Source: a virus. From it: a DNA stretch of 43,209 nucleotides. Shown piece by piece: positions 25,942 through 34,171 of the stretch. The position numbers were made by a program, and so were the translations under genes. The notes beneath the pieces are model-generated. The model ran no database searches, was not told where the DNA came from, and saw nothing but the letters and a program-made list of their open reading frames with translations. Location of the stretch: positions 1 to 43,209 of the IMG/VR virus record IMGVR_UViG_3300045988_076668, one strand, 5' to 3'. Each line of letters starts with the position of its first letter. Positions within the stretch are counted from its first letter, which is position 1.

Positions 25942-27365
25942 TACTCCACCTCATCCTGTTCCTCGTCAGTCATATCTTCCATGCGTGGCAGCATCTTTTT
26001 AGCGGTCTTTTCATCTTCATTATACCACTTCATACGATATTCCCAGTCATTCATGATTCCGGCAGCCAAGTCTTGCCGATCATTGTTACGCTCAGTTGTC
26101 TTGTCCTCAATGATGGAATCATCAAAATCAATAGTAACTTTTGCATCCTCGTTCAACCCCGCATCCATAGCTATGTTGCCCAATCGCAAAATGATCCGAC
26201 ACAATTCCCTGATAGCCTGCTCTAAAATAATTTCATGCTTTTTTATCGTTCGAAACATAGTGCTATTTTCACTAATAACTTGAGTTGCCGTTGTAAGATT
26301 CCCTCCGTCAAAACGGTAATAGGTTTCTCCGAATCCGCACTTGCTTGACAAAAGATTTAGTTGAGTTTGGATGCCTGTCGTATGTTCATTGGTCCGCAAA
26401 GTCATATCAATTTGGGTAATCACTGCACCATCGTCTGAAATGTCTTCGGGAAGTACATAAAAAGACAAATCATCAGGGTCAAAAACCGGTTCCCCATCTA
26501 TATATTTTGTCGCTGCCGGTTTCACCATGATTCTCTTTTTGCCAAGGATGAACTCATTCACGTAACTGTCAAATGCAACGTCTACACCCTTTAAGTTATC
26601 AATAGCGTTCGCATACACCGGAATACCAAGCGGAATAGAATAGTCTAAATTGTTTGCAATGTTGGGTCGATCAATAACAAATTGTCGCTTTCCAGAACCG
26701 GTGTGAACAACAGGTGGAACCGTCTCGAAACCAGAGACAGAAGACAGAGATACTTCTTTATCTACATTTCCATTCCTATATAGATAAATCCGATTTTCTA
26801 TGTCATAAAATCCATTGACTTTATGATGAATTTGCAGGTAACAGTAATCTTCCCCATCAACCGTGACAATACTATCAAACGCGCATTCTATGATAACCCC
26901 GTTTTGCCAAGACAGCGGCCAAATATGTTCTACAGTCACATAATCAATGATTATCCCAGCTGCACTTCCTGGAATAGGACCTTTTTCCGTTGCCTTCATG
27001 CCAACAACACGTGGGATAAACGCTACCGTTCCAAGGGCAAAAGCGAATTCCTGCATTTCATTGGATTTTACCCTAAAGTTGTTCCCTTCAAAAACTCGAT
27101 CAATAAACGCCTGTTCCTTAGACCCCTCCAGCGTAATTTCCACCCGCTCATTCATGAGCAAGTTTGCCCAATCTTCTGATACCTTCTTCCCCATATTGAG
27201 GGAATATCTCTTGCACCGGACGATACCGCTTCCGTTTCGTATTTTATATCGATGGAACCCCTTCACATCTCCCTCGTGCCAACTTTTCCATTCTTGCACT
27301 TTGGAATAAAAACTCTCATTGATCGTTGTGAAACCTAATTCTTTTAACTTGTCTGCAATGGTCAT
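25941..27365 (-). CDS. Portal protein (474 aa)
   Basis: Track ORF. Size and position directly after terL. Acidic C-terminus. Confidence 0.88.
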   Translation of the reverse strand: MTIADKLKELGFTTINESFYSKVQEWKSWHEGDVKGFHRYKIRNGSGIVRCKRYSLNMGKKVSEDWANLLMNERVEITLEGSKEQAFIDRVFEGNNFRVKSNEMQEFAFALGTVAFIPRVVGMKATEKGPIPGSAAGIIIDYVTVEHIWPLSWQNGVIIECAFDSIVTVDGEDYCYLQIHHKVNGFYDIENRIYLYRNGNVDKEVSLSSVSGFETVPPVVHTGSGKRQFVIDRPNIANNLDYSIPLGIPVYANAIDNLKGVDVAFDSYVNEFILGKKRIMVKPAATKYIDGEPVFDPDDLSFYVLPEDISDDGAVITQIDMTLRTNEHTTGIQTQLNLLSSKCGFGETYYRFDGGNLTTATQVISENSTMFRTIKKHEIILEQAIRELCRIILRLGNIAMDAGLNEDAKVTIDFDDSIIEDKTTERNNDRQDLAAGIMNDWEYRMKWYNEDEKTAKKMLPRMEDMTDEEQDEVE

Positions 27366-27369
27366 TCTT

Positions 27370-28572
27370 TCACCTCATAACCGGAAAATGCCGGACCATA
27401 ATCGTATTACAAAAGTACCTTATGTCATCCATTGCATGATCATCTTCTTTAATTACTTTGTCTACCGTAGAATCTTCATCCCAACGATATAATCTAAACT
27501 CTCGGATAGCATCTTTGCAACTACGATGTATTTTGAGACGACCATCTTTCAAATAAACCGATGTTCTTCTAATTCCATCCATAACATCGTTATTTGCTTT
27601 TACCACTTGGAATTCTCCGTGGCGAAAAATTGTCGTAATGAATGAGGCGGCAGAAGGATCAACTATAACGTAATCCACATTATATCCCTTCGCTAAATCT
27701 CGTAATGCCTGATAATACTCTTCGTCTGTTTTTTGTATGTTGGTTCTTCGTCCGCTGTGATAGTATTCTTTGATCCGAACCGCCCCTTGTTTTGTCACGC
27801 ACCACAGCCCAGCGGAGAAAGGATTCAGCGTGCCATAATCTACGGAAATATAATATCGACCTGATGCAGGCTCTTCATCCACCACACAATGCTCTCCAAA
27901 ATGCGGATATACCAGCCCCTCCGCCGGAATCCACAACCCTCTAATGAACCGATCATAAAACACGCCGGAAAACATGGATTCATACTGCTCAATGACCTTC
28001 TCCGTCAGCCCTGGGTTATCTCGCATGGTAAAGTGAAGATACAGTGCATTTCTTTTATCATGCTTCTTAATCCATTCCAAATAAAACCAATGCTGCGGAC
28101 TTTCTGGGTTGCAGGAGAACCATTTCTTGTTTCCATCTACAGAACAACGCGCCAGGGCCTGTTCCACGAAGGAACGGGGCATAAGCGCAACCTCATCCAA
28201 TAGAACACCTGCCAGCGTTCGCCCTTGGATCAGTGCTGCGCTGCTTTCATCCTTGCCGCCAAACACCTCAAACCAATTTGTCGTAGTTCCCCGGCGCACC
28301 TCAAGGATCTTCTCTGATCGGCGCCAACGCATGGTATACTTTTCTTTTGCCAGCGTCATAGCTGTGAAAGGGACAATAATATTCTTTGAGCATGAATCAA
28401 CGGTTTTCCCACAAATACCAAACCGCTGACCAGAGAAGTTTTCCATGGCCCAGCGAACAAACGCCCACATCATGATAGAGGTTTTGCCCGATCGGACTGC
28501 ACCGTCACAGATAATGGCATCATATTTGGAGTATGGGAATGCAAGGATTTTCTTTTGTTGTGGACTAATCAT
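27370..28572 (-). CDS. terL: Terminase large subunit (400 aa)
   Basis: Track ORF. Walker A-like DGAVRSGKT near the N-terminus. C-terminal nuclease-type acidic motifs (VIVDPSAASF, DHAMDD). Confidence 0.92.
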   Translation of the reverse strand: MISPQQKKILAFPYSKYDAIICDGAVRSGKTSIMMWAFVRWAMENFSGQRFGICGKTVDSCSKNIIVPFTAMTLAKEKYTMRWRRSEKILEVRRGTTTNWFEVFGGKDESSAALIQGRTLAGVLLDEVALMPRSFVEQALARCSVDGNKKWFSCNPESPQHWFYLEWIKKHDKRNALYLHFTMRDNPGLTEKVIEQYESMFSGVFYDRFIRGLWIPAEGLVYPHFGEHCVVDEEPASGRYYISVDYGTLNPFSAGLWCVTKQGAVRIKEYYHSGRRTNIQKTDEEYYQALRDLAKGYNVDYVIVDPSAASFITTIFRHGEFQVVKANNDVMDGIRRTSVYLKDGRLKIHRSCKDAIREFRLYRWDEDSTVDKVIKEDDHAMDDIRYFCNTIMVRHFPVMR

Positions 28573-28984
28573 CGCTTTCCAACCCTTCCGCCAGTTCTCT
28601 CAAACTCTGGCTCAAACCATCTTCCTTGGCATCATTCCCAGGACCACCGCCAAAGGCTGTGAATTTATCAATCAGTGTCCCAAGCGCTGTCGTAACCTCT
28701 GCGGCGCTGCGCGCATTCTGAATCTTCTCTGGAAGAACGGAAAGTCCTACCTCAATAATATCGCATACTGCTTGCCTGCGACTTTCCATGTAGGCCAGGA
28801 TATCGGCTGTATTTTCTTCCTTTTTTTGTCTAAGTTTCTCTGCGAAATCTTCAGATGCCTCCACGACACGCCGAGCAGTTTCCCCACACACATGATTTCT
28901 TTTGGCAACTGCGTTGTAGCTGCCAAGTTCCAGATAATCAGCCACTATTTTCTTTTTCTGCTTATCTGTCAACCGTGCAGCCAT
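28565..28984 (-). CDS. terS: Terminase small subunit candidate (139 aa)
   Basis: Track ORF 28565..29158 extends spuriously through the tRNA. ATG 28984 lies 7 nt after GAGG. N-terminal HTH-like MAARLTDKQKKKIVADYLELGSYNAVAKRN. 8-nt overlap with terL. Confidence 0.75.
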   Translation of the reverse strand: MAARLTDKQKKKIVADYLELGSYNAVAKRNHVCGETARRVVEASEDFAEKLRQKKEENTADILAYMESRRQAVCDIIEVGLSVLPEKIQNARSAAEVTTALGTLIDKFTAFGGGPGNDAKEDGLSQSLRELAEGLESDD

Positions 28985-29013
28985 AACTAACCTCATCAAT
29001 AAAAATCTATTTT

Positions 29014-29090
29014 TGGTGGTCCGCCCTGGAGTCGAACCAGGATGTCCCCGGTTATGAGCCGGGCGCTCTGACCATTTGAGATAGCGGACC
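29014..29090 (-). tRNA. tRNA with CAU anticodon (Met or Ile2/lysidine type), CCA-encoded, 77 nt
   Basis: Folded by hand: acceptor GGTCCGC/GCGGACC, U8, A14, G18G19, anticodon arm CCCGG-CTCATAA-CCGGG, T arm CCTGG-TTCGACT-CCAGG, discriminator A, CCA. The D stem has only 3 Watson-Crick pairs. Confidence 0.85.
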
Positions 29091-29518
29091 AGATACCCCT
29101 TGCGGGGTATGTCGGGGGTTTTGTCAGGCTTCCCGAAGGCCTGTTTGTACTTCCGCACGCACCTTCACTTAGATTGTCTGCGTCTCCAACCGCAGGTTTC
29201 AGTGAAATGGAGAATGGTACGTGCTTAGGTTCACTTTGCGGCCGCAAAGCAATTTGCTGATTCGATGAAAGCACAATCTCCTTCCATCAAATTTCCCCAG
29301 CTGGGAATGGTCACCCGTTTTGGAGTTGCACCAAAATCCGCTCTGGCCGGGTGATAGGGAGGCGAGAACAAGGCTCGCGCTCCCAAAGAAAAAGGAGGTA
29401 CGCCCGATATTAAGACCGCCTCGGAGCCGGGCGAAGGAGGAAGAAAATCTTCTGTTTTATACATAGCGAGAAAGAAAATAAATTTTCTTTCTCGCGTATA
29501 TGTATAAAACCATTTCCT
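29091..29518 (-). ncRNA. About 430-nt highly structured untranslated RNA between a consensus promoter and the tRNA; class unknown
   Basis: No credible CDS. At least 9 hand-paired helices, including a GNRA-capped stem abutting the tRNA. See finding. Confidence 0.5.
29454..29510 (-). other. 57-nt bulged hairpin (26 bp) at the 5' end of the predicted transcript
   Basis: GTTTTATACATA/TATGTATAAAAC (12 bp), a 3-nt bulge, then GCGAGAAAGAAAAT/ATTTTCTTTCTCGC (14 bp). No U tract follows on either strand. Confidence 0.8.
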
Positions 29519-29524
29519 GCTTAA

Positions 29525-29553
29525 ATTATATCGCAGCCCTCCATTTCGGTCAA
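29525..29553 (-). promoter_or_regulatory. Near-consensus sigma-70/sigma-A promoter TTGACC-17 nt-TATAAT facing terS
   Basis: Minus strand: TTGACC at 29553-29548, a 17-nt spacer, TATAAT at 29530-29525. It starts 27 nt after the RuvC-like stop. Confidence 0.7.
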
Positions 29554-29579
29554 ATTGTTAGACGATCTTAACACTTTGT

Positions 29580-30047
29580 TTACAATTTTAATTTTGTCTC
29601 TGTGTACGTAATTCCAACCGCATACGCCGCCCATACATCGGCAGAGAACCCATAGAACCAATCTGGATTCTTTTTGGTTCCCTTCCCGTTTTTCAGATCA
29701 TGGGTTGCAAATCGGTCAATCAGTGCGCGGCGGATATTGGCATCCTTGGCCCTGCTGTCATGGCAGAGATGGAGCTTTTCATCCTGGCGGTATATGTAGT
29801 CCACTGGCTTCTGTGCTGCTTGCGTGAATCTCCCAACCCATTCGCAGGTTTCAAAAACATTGCGTCCAACCGGCATGCCGTAGCTTGCCAAACGCTCAAT
29901 CACCACAAGATCATACTTCTCCAACTGGAGAATCAAAAGGACCACGGCATTTTGTTCTTTGCCAAACCGCAGCGGACGTAAATCTTCGCTGTCTATGAAG
30001 CAATAGGCGCTCTGCTTGTCCCCTGGGTCAATCGCTAAGATTGTCAT
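29580..30047 (-). CDS. RuvC-like Holliday-junction resolvase (155 aa)
   Basis: Track ORF. N-terminal MTILAIDPG and an acidic IERL motif are typical of the RuvC/RNase H fold. Confidence 0.78.
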   Translation of the reverse strand: MTILAIDPGDKQSAYCFIDSEDLRPLRFGKEQNAVVLLILQLEKYDLVVIERLASYGMPVGRNVFETCEWVGRFTQAAQKPVDYIYRQDEKLHLCHDSRAKDANIRRALIDRFATHDLKNGKGTKKNPDWFYGFSADVWAAYAVGITYTETKLKL

Positions 30048-30502
30048 TCATTGCCCTCATGCTGTCCGCCCTCCCCGTCGTGGATGGAGCCGATGACCTC
30101 AATTCTGCTCGTTGACAGATGCATATTTACGCCCATGCTTTCAGCGCCATTCAACCAAACACAAAATCTATTCCACTCTTGGTCATAGCATACAGGGGCT
30201 TCTTTTTGTTCGCCGTTCCAGTTCGTCCAATGGATGATATCCCCCTCAAAAATCTTCGTTCCGTTCTTATCGGTCATTCCGGTGTACTCGCAGACCGTGG
30301 AGGGGGCAACAGGAAACACCTCCTTCATAATTCGCTGCGTGCTTTTTGCGCTATGAAATGGGCGAAGTTCTCTCGCTAAAGACTTGCTGATTACCTGATT
30401 GCCTGCCGGGTAAATCCAAGATTTGTTGTCTCTTTCAACGTAGTACCCTTCCACCCATTCGCCATTATCCAGCCGCTTAGCTTTGAAAAGGATTTCTCTC
30501 AT
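30044..30502 (-). CDS. YopX-family protein (152 aa)
   Basis: Track ORF. Contains MREILFKAKRLDNGEWVEGYY, EYTGMTDKNGTKIFEGDII and IEVIGSIHD. Confidence 0.78.
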   Translation of the reverse strand: MREILFKAKRLDNGEWVEGYYVERDNKSWIYPAGNQVISKSLARELRPFHSAKSTQRIMKEVFPVAPSTVCEYTGMTDKNGTKIFEGDIIHWTNWNGEQKEAPVCYDQEWNRFCVWLNGAESMGVNMHLSTSRIEVIGSIHDGEGGQHEGNE

Positions 30503-30897
30503 TCTGCACCTCCGATGATCTCGTCAAGGGTGATGATTTCATTTTGGCGAAGAGAAGGAAACAAAGAGGGGTCGAGTATTGCAATGACAAGTTTCCTGTT
30601 GAAAACTCTAATGCCGAAGCCATACATCTCAATGCTTTCTGCCTCTGAGTATAACATCTTGATAGCCTTCGCCCTCTCCACCTCCTGCTCCGTCCAGCGG
30701 GGCTCGCGGATGATGCAGTCGGGGTGATTGATAATGTAACAAAGTTCGCTGGAGGCCACTTCTCCACCATGTACATTTCTAATTTCTCCATCTGTGCCGA
30801 TAAAATAACTTTTCACTTCGTCAAATGGGAAATCATTAAACTGGAAGTTCTGGTTTACCTCCATCCCAAGCACCTCGCAAATTCTCGGCTTGTTCAT
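30499..30897 (-). CDS. Hypothetical protein (132 aa)
   Basis: Track ORF 30499..30957. ATG 30897 lies 5 nt after GGAGGAGG. Confidence 0.55.
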   Translation of the reverse strand: MNKPRICEVLGMEVNQNFQFNDFPFDEVKSYFIGTDGEIRNVHGGEVASSELCYIINHPDCIIREPRWTEQEVERAKAIKMLYSEAESIEMYGFGIRVFNRKLVIAILDPSLFPSLRQNEIITLDEIIGGAE

Positions 30898-31150
30898 GTT
30901 GTCCTCCTCCTTTTTTTGCGACTGAATTGCGACTTTTTTGCGACTGGTCGCAATCATCCTCTACCACCTCATAACCCATCAAGCGAGCAGCTTCATTTGG
31001 GTTGTCATTTATCCAGGTGGAACACATACCTTTTGTTTTATTCGATATAGGACAAAACAAACAAGACAAGTTAGCACAAAATCCTGACGCTTCACAGTTA
31101 TTATGTACTACTTCATACACTTCTTTTGTATTCGGATTCCGAAACTTCAT
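30836..31150 (-). CDS. Hypothetical Cys-rich protein (104 aa)
   Basis: Track ORF. The 3' 62 nt overlap the next gene, so the true end is uncertain. Confidence 0.5.
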   Translation of the reverse strand: MKFRNPNTKEVYEVVHNNCEASGFCANLSCLFCPISNKTKGMCSTWINDNPNEAARLMGYEVVEDDCDQSQKSRNSVAKKGGGQHEQAENLRGAWDGGKPELPV

Positions 31151-31152
31151 GG

Positions 31153-31404
31153 TCAGCCATCCTTTCGCTTTCCTTCACTACAAAATCCATTAAGCGGCAT
31201 AGCTTTCTCACCGCACCAAACATAGCCGGACCCACCTGGTTTAGCTTTTTCGCATTCTCGGCAATAGCACCCGCCAGCGACATGGACGGGGTCAATGATT
31301 GGCTGCTCGTCTATAATCTGGGGGATGAATGCTTCTCCCCAATTACTCATTATGGGTAGTCCTTTTACTTGTCTTTTCAGTTCATCAACATCAATTAGTC
31401 TCAT
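31153..31404 (-). CDS. Hypothetical Cys-rich protein (83 aa)
   Basis: Track ORF 31153..31446. ATG 31404 preferred (MRLIDVDELKRQ...). Confidence 0.5.
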   Translation of the reverse strand: MRLIDVDELKRQVKGLPIMSNWGEAFIPQIIDEQPIIDPVHVAGGCYCRECEKAKPGGSGYVWCGEKAMPLNGFCSEGKRKDG

Positions 31405-31804
31405 GGTTGGCCCCGCTTCCCATTGCTTTATCAAAACAATCTTCACACCACGGTTTCCCGTCCACTGTGCAGATTATTTCTTTTATTTCCCCACATTTTG
31501 CGCATTTAACCTCATGCTTATCCTCCTGGCCCATGCGAACGCCATAAGAGCAATAATCCGTTTCGCTAATTTTCATTCCGGATGCTGGGCAAATCAGAAA
31601 ACCTTTCTTGTTGGTTTTTGCGTCCTGATAATATTGGCAATCTTTACAGAGCACCACCTCCGCAACGTCGGCGGCGGGGACAGCAGATAGAGCGTCCCGA
31701 CACCTTCTTGCAACCAGCTCATCGCAATCATCATGCATCTCATATTCCTGCCGCAAAACTTCAAGTTCCTGCACGGCAACCGCCCTCTCGATGTACTCCT
31801 TCAT
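31391..31804 (-). CDS. Hypothetical Zn-ribbon protein (137 aa)
   Basis: Track ORF. Contains CKDCQYY...CPASG and CAKCG...CEDC. Confidence 0.55.
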   Translation of the reverse strand: MKEYIERAVAVQELEVLRQEYEMHDDCDELVARRCRDALSAVPAADVAEVVLCKDCQYYQDAKTNKKGFLICPASGMKISETDYCSYGVRMGQEDKHEVKCAKCGEIKEIICTVDGKPWCEDCFDKAMGSGANHETN

Positions 31805-32112
31805 TCCTTTTCCCTCCGTAGTGCGGCCTCAATTTCCAAAATCGAGAATGTATGACTTAATGGCTCTGCATTCGGTATTTCAGTCTCCGCCGTGATAAAT
31901 ATATTTTCAGGCGTGTAATCCTTAATAACCGCATTGCACCAAAATCCTGTGCTGCTCTTGTATGAAATTTTATACCCAGGTTGGCACGGCATCACCACGC
32001 ACCGCCTCTCTCTGTCCGCCAAGGCCAGTTCCCACAGGCGATCAAATGAAACCCCAAAAATATCCTCAATGATTTCTGAAAAGGTCATATCAAACAGGCT
32101 GCATTTATTCAT
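31801..32112 (-). CDS. Hypothetical protein (103 aa)
   Basis: Track ORF 31801..32202. ATG 32112 lies 8 nt after GGAGGA. Confidence 0.55.
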   Translation of the reverse strand: MNKCSLFDMTFSEIIEDIFGVSFDRLWELALADRERRCVVMPCQPGYKISYKSSTGFWCNAVIKDYTPENIFITAETEIPNAEPLSHTFSILEIEAALRREKE

Positions 32113-32113
32113 T

Positions 32114-32563
32114 TTACAATTCCTCCTTCTTATCGCGTGGCTTCTGAATATTCCACTTTTCTGTGCTGCCGGGATATTCTGATGGGATAACCATAATTCC
32201 ATTCTCTCTCATTATTTTCTTCATCCGCTCCAACGGGCGGCGGTAGGCAGTCCATGTAGACCCATAGGTATCCATTTCGATGGCATAAAACCCGTCCACA
32301 CAACTTGCCATTTCGAGCACATCTTCATAGTCCACGTCGCAAACAAGTTCCCATCGTCCAGAGCCATCAAGTCCTGTCGTTACCGTCCAGACAGGCTGGC
32401 CTTTCATCTCCCGCAGCTCCTCCAGCGTCAGCGGCTCGTTCGGCGGGGTGAGGGTGGGCATACCCAAAACAAGATCCTCTGCTCGCTCCTTATCCTGTTC
32501 GCTATCCCAGCTACATACCTGGATTTCAACCATCAGTTCATTGGCATCAATCGCCCTTGCCAT
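32114..32563 (-). CDS. Hypothetical protein (149 aa) with the PTLTPPNEPLTLEE module
   Basis: Track ORF. Shares a module with 33516..33833. Confidence 0.6.
   Translation of the reverse strand: MARAIDANELMVEIQVCSWDSEQDKERAEDLVLGMPTLTPPNEPLTLEELREMKGQPVWTVTTGLDGSGRWELVCDVDYEDVLEMASCVDGFYAIEMDTYGSTWTAYRRPLERMKKIMRENGIMVIPSEYPGSTEKWNIQKPRDKKEEL
32427..32459. repeat. 33-bp exact repeat, copy 1 (matches 33703-33735)
   Basis: gtcagcggctcgttcggcggggtgagggtgggc read at both sites. Encodes PTLTPPNEPLT on the minus strand. Confidence 0.9.
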
Positions 32564-32765
32564 CTTTCAGCGCCTCATTCAATCTCCCCACCAAAATTTC
32601 TTCCCCGTTTTCAGTAAGCGGCGCTCCGCATCCCGGACAAAAATGTAGGGAAAAGAGGCCTTTATTCCCGCAAAAAATAAATTGTCCATCAAAGCTTCTC
32701 CCGTCCTTGCAGTGGTGGCAACGCTGTTTTCGCATCTTCTTAGCTAATTCTTCCGCTTTAATCAT
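32547..32765 (-). CDS. Small Zn-ribbon protein (72 aa)
   Basis: Track ORF. Contains CHHCKDG...CPGCG. Confidence 0.55.
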   Translation of the reverse strand: MIKAEELAKKMRKQRCHHCKDGRSFDGQFIFCGNKGLFSLHFCPGCGAPLTENGEEILVGRLNEALKDGKGD

Positions 32766-33516
32766 TTTTCAGTACCTCCTGCACGATCTTCTTTGCAGCC
32801 TTGTTCCCGCACTCCCGGCTGATGGGGCGGAGGGCGGAGATGGCGGCTTCCTCGTGGGTCAAAATCTCAAATGACCACAGAGCGCAGTAATCATCTGTTC
32901 CCGCGTGACCACACCTGTACATCCAGTCGGGCTTTTCGCCAAGGAGATGGAGTTCTGCCGTTCTAACCTCCCAGGCATCGCCAAAGCGGTCATAAATTGC
33001 ATCGCCTATGGTGTACTTCGAGATTTTCCCCTCCCTGTCCGCCTGGGCCAGTTCGCGGAGGCGGTCAGGCGTAACGCCCAGAAGCTGGCCTGTCAGTTTT
33101 AGCAGTGCGTCCTCGGTGAATGCTCTCTTAAGGTCCTCCGGCGCCAGCTCCGTTTCCTCATAAGCAGCAAGGCGGTCAAGGATTTTACTATCTATCTGAC
33201 AATCCCCACCCATTTTCCTGCAATCATCTCTTGCCATATTGCATGTAAGTTCTCCATTGCCAAGCCTATGAGTTAATCTTTCCATATGCTTCTTTAGATG
33301 ACCCAACTCCATTCCAAGCCGTAAAATTTCAGCGTCTTTTGTACGAGCAAAATCTAAAGATTCACGAGCTTGAGACATCTCGGCCCGCAGCTTCTTATTT
33401 TCGGATTGGAGAGTTGAGAGGGCGGTGGCGGCTTCCATCCTCTCTTTGTCCACCAAGTGCGCAGATTCTCCCCAGCACGGTTTTTTAAGCCACTCAATCA
33501 GCTTTTCGTAGTCCAT
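32758..33516 (-). CDS. Hypothetical protein (252 aa), coiled-coil N-half
   Basis: Track ORF. Confidence 0.6.
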   Translation of the reverse strand: MDYEKLIEWLKKPCWGESAHLVDKERMEAATALSTLQSENKKLRAEMSQARESLDFARTKDAEILRLGMELGHLKKHMERLTHRLGNGELTCNMARDDCRKMGGDCQIDSKILDRLAAYEETELAPEDLKRAFTEDALLKLTGQLLGVTPDRLRELAQADREGKISKYTIGDAIYDRFGDAWEVRTAELHLLGEKPDWMYRCGHAGTDDYCALWSFEILTHEEAAISALRPISRECGNKAAKKIVQEVLKND

Positions 33517-33833
33517 CAGGTGTCCTCCTCTCCCTCCGGCGGGCGGCGGTAGGCTTTGAACCTATACCCCCACTCTTCGCACAAAGTTTCCCAACTCATC
33601 AGCTCCTCAGATCCAAAGAATAGCACCCCGAAAGACGTTACTTTCGCCCAGTCATTCAGCGGGGTAAACCAAATATACCGTTCTTTCTTGGCATCCTCAA
33701 GTGTCAGCGGCTCGTTCGGCGGGGTGAGGGTGGGCTGAAGTGCCTTTCTGGCCCAGAAGTATGCCTTGGCCTGCTCCTCGTTTTCAGGTACAGCAATCAC
33801 AAAATACTGGTACGCCTTTTCGGCATCAGTCAT
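33516..33833 (-). CDS. Hypothetical protein (105 aa) with the PTLTPPNEPLTLED module
   Basis: Track ORF. Confidence 0.6.
   Translation of the reverse strand: MTDAEKAYQYFVIAVPENEEQAKAYFWARKALQPTLTPPNEPLTLEDAKKERYIWFTPLNDWAKVTSFGVLFFGSEELMSWETLCEEWGYRFKAYRRPPEGEEDT
33703..33735. repeat. 33-bp exact repeat, copy 2 (matches 32427-32459)
   Basis: Read directly. Confidence 0.9.
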
Positions 33834-33987
33834 CTTTCAGCGCCTCCCTCTCCGCCGTTTTCCAAACGCTGTTATGAAATTTTGCTATATCTTGTGTGCC
33901 CTTTTTGTACCCTGCTAAATAGCAACAGGTGCATAAAATCAGGAGCAATATCGCTCCAAAAAGAGCACAAACCACGATTTTATCCAT
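33826..33987 (-). CDS. Small membrane protein candidate (53 aa)
   Basis: Not in track. Its ATG overlaps the upstream stop. Translation MDKIVVCALFGAILLLILCTCCYLAGYKKG... has one TM helix. Confidence 0.4.
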   Translation of the reverse strand: MDKIVVCALFGAILLLILCTCCYLAGYKKGTQDIAKFHNSVWKTAEREALKDD

Positions 33988-34171
33988 CTTTCATCGCCTC
34001 CAATCTCAACGCCTCAGTCAAAAGTGACTGCACTTCTTCACTGATTCTCGCATCACTTTTTGCCAGACAACTATCCAGGTAGTTTTTATCATGGTATGCC
34101 AATGTTTCGATTGCCAGCGCAACGCGAATACACTCCTCCGGTGTCTTACATACACATTCAGGTGCTTTCAT
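33980..34171 (-). CDS. Hypothetical protein (63 aa)
   Basis: Track ORF. Confidence 0.5.
   Translation of the reverse strand: MKAPECVCKTPEECIRVALAIETLAYHDKNYLDSCLAKSDARISEEVQSLLTEALRLEAMKDG

Noticed and set aside
29014-29040. tmRNA-like 3' end (GGTTCGACTCCAGG...ACCA)
   Set aside because: The matching 5' acceptor strand lies only 70 nt upstream and the whole 77 nt folds as an ordinary tRNA with a CAU anticodon. The third acceptor pair is U:A, not the G:U alanine identity pair of tmRNA.
29257-29270. Hammerhead-like CUGA...GAUGAAAG string on the plus strand
   Set aside because: No stem II or stem III can be drawn around it and the core spacing is wrong. Ribozyme models should still be run over the whole 29091-29553 region.
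28996-29464. Track ORFs 28996..29274 (92 aa) and 29231..29464 (77 aa) in the terS-upstream gap
   Set aside because: The first reads straight through the tRNA cloverleaf. The second starts inside the 26-bp hairpin without an SD and is P/S/G-rich. Both are better explained as frames open by chance in structured GC-rich RNA. They are kept as the alternative that ribosome profiling could revive.
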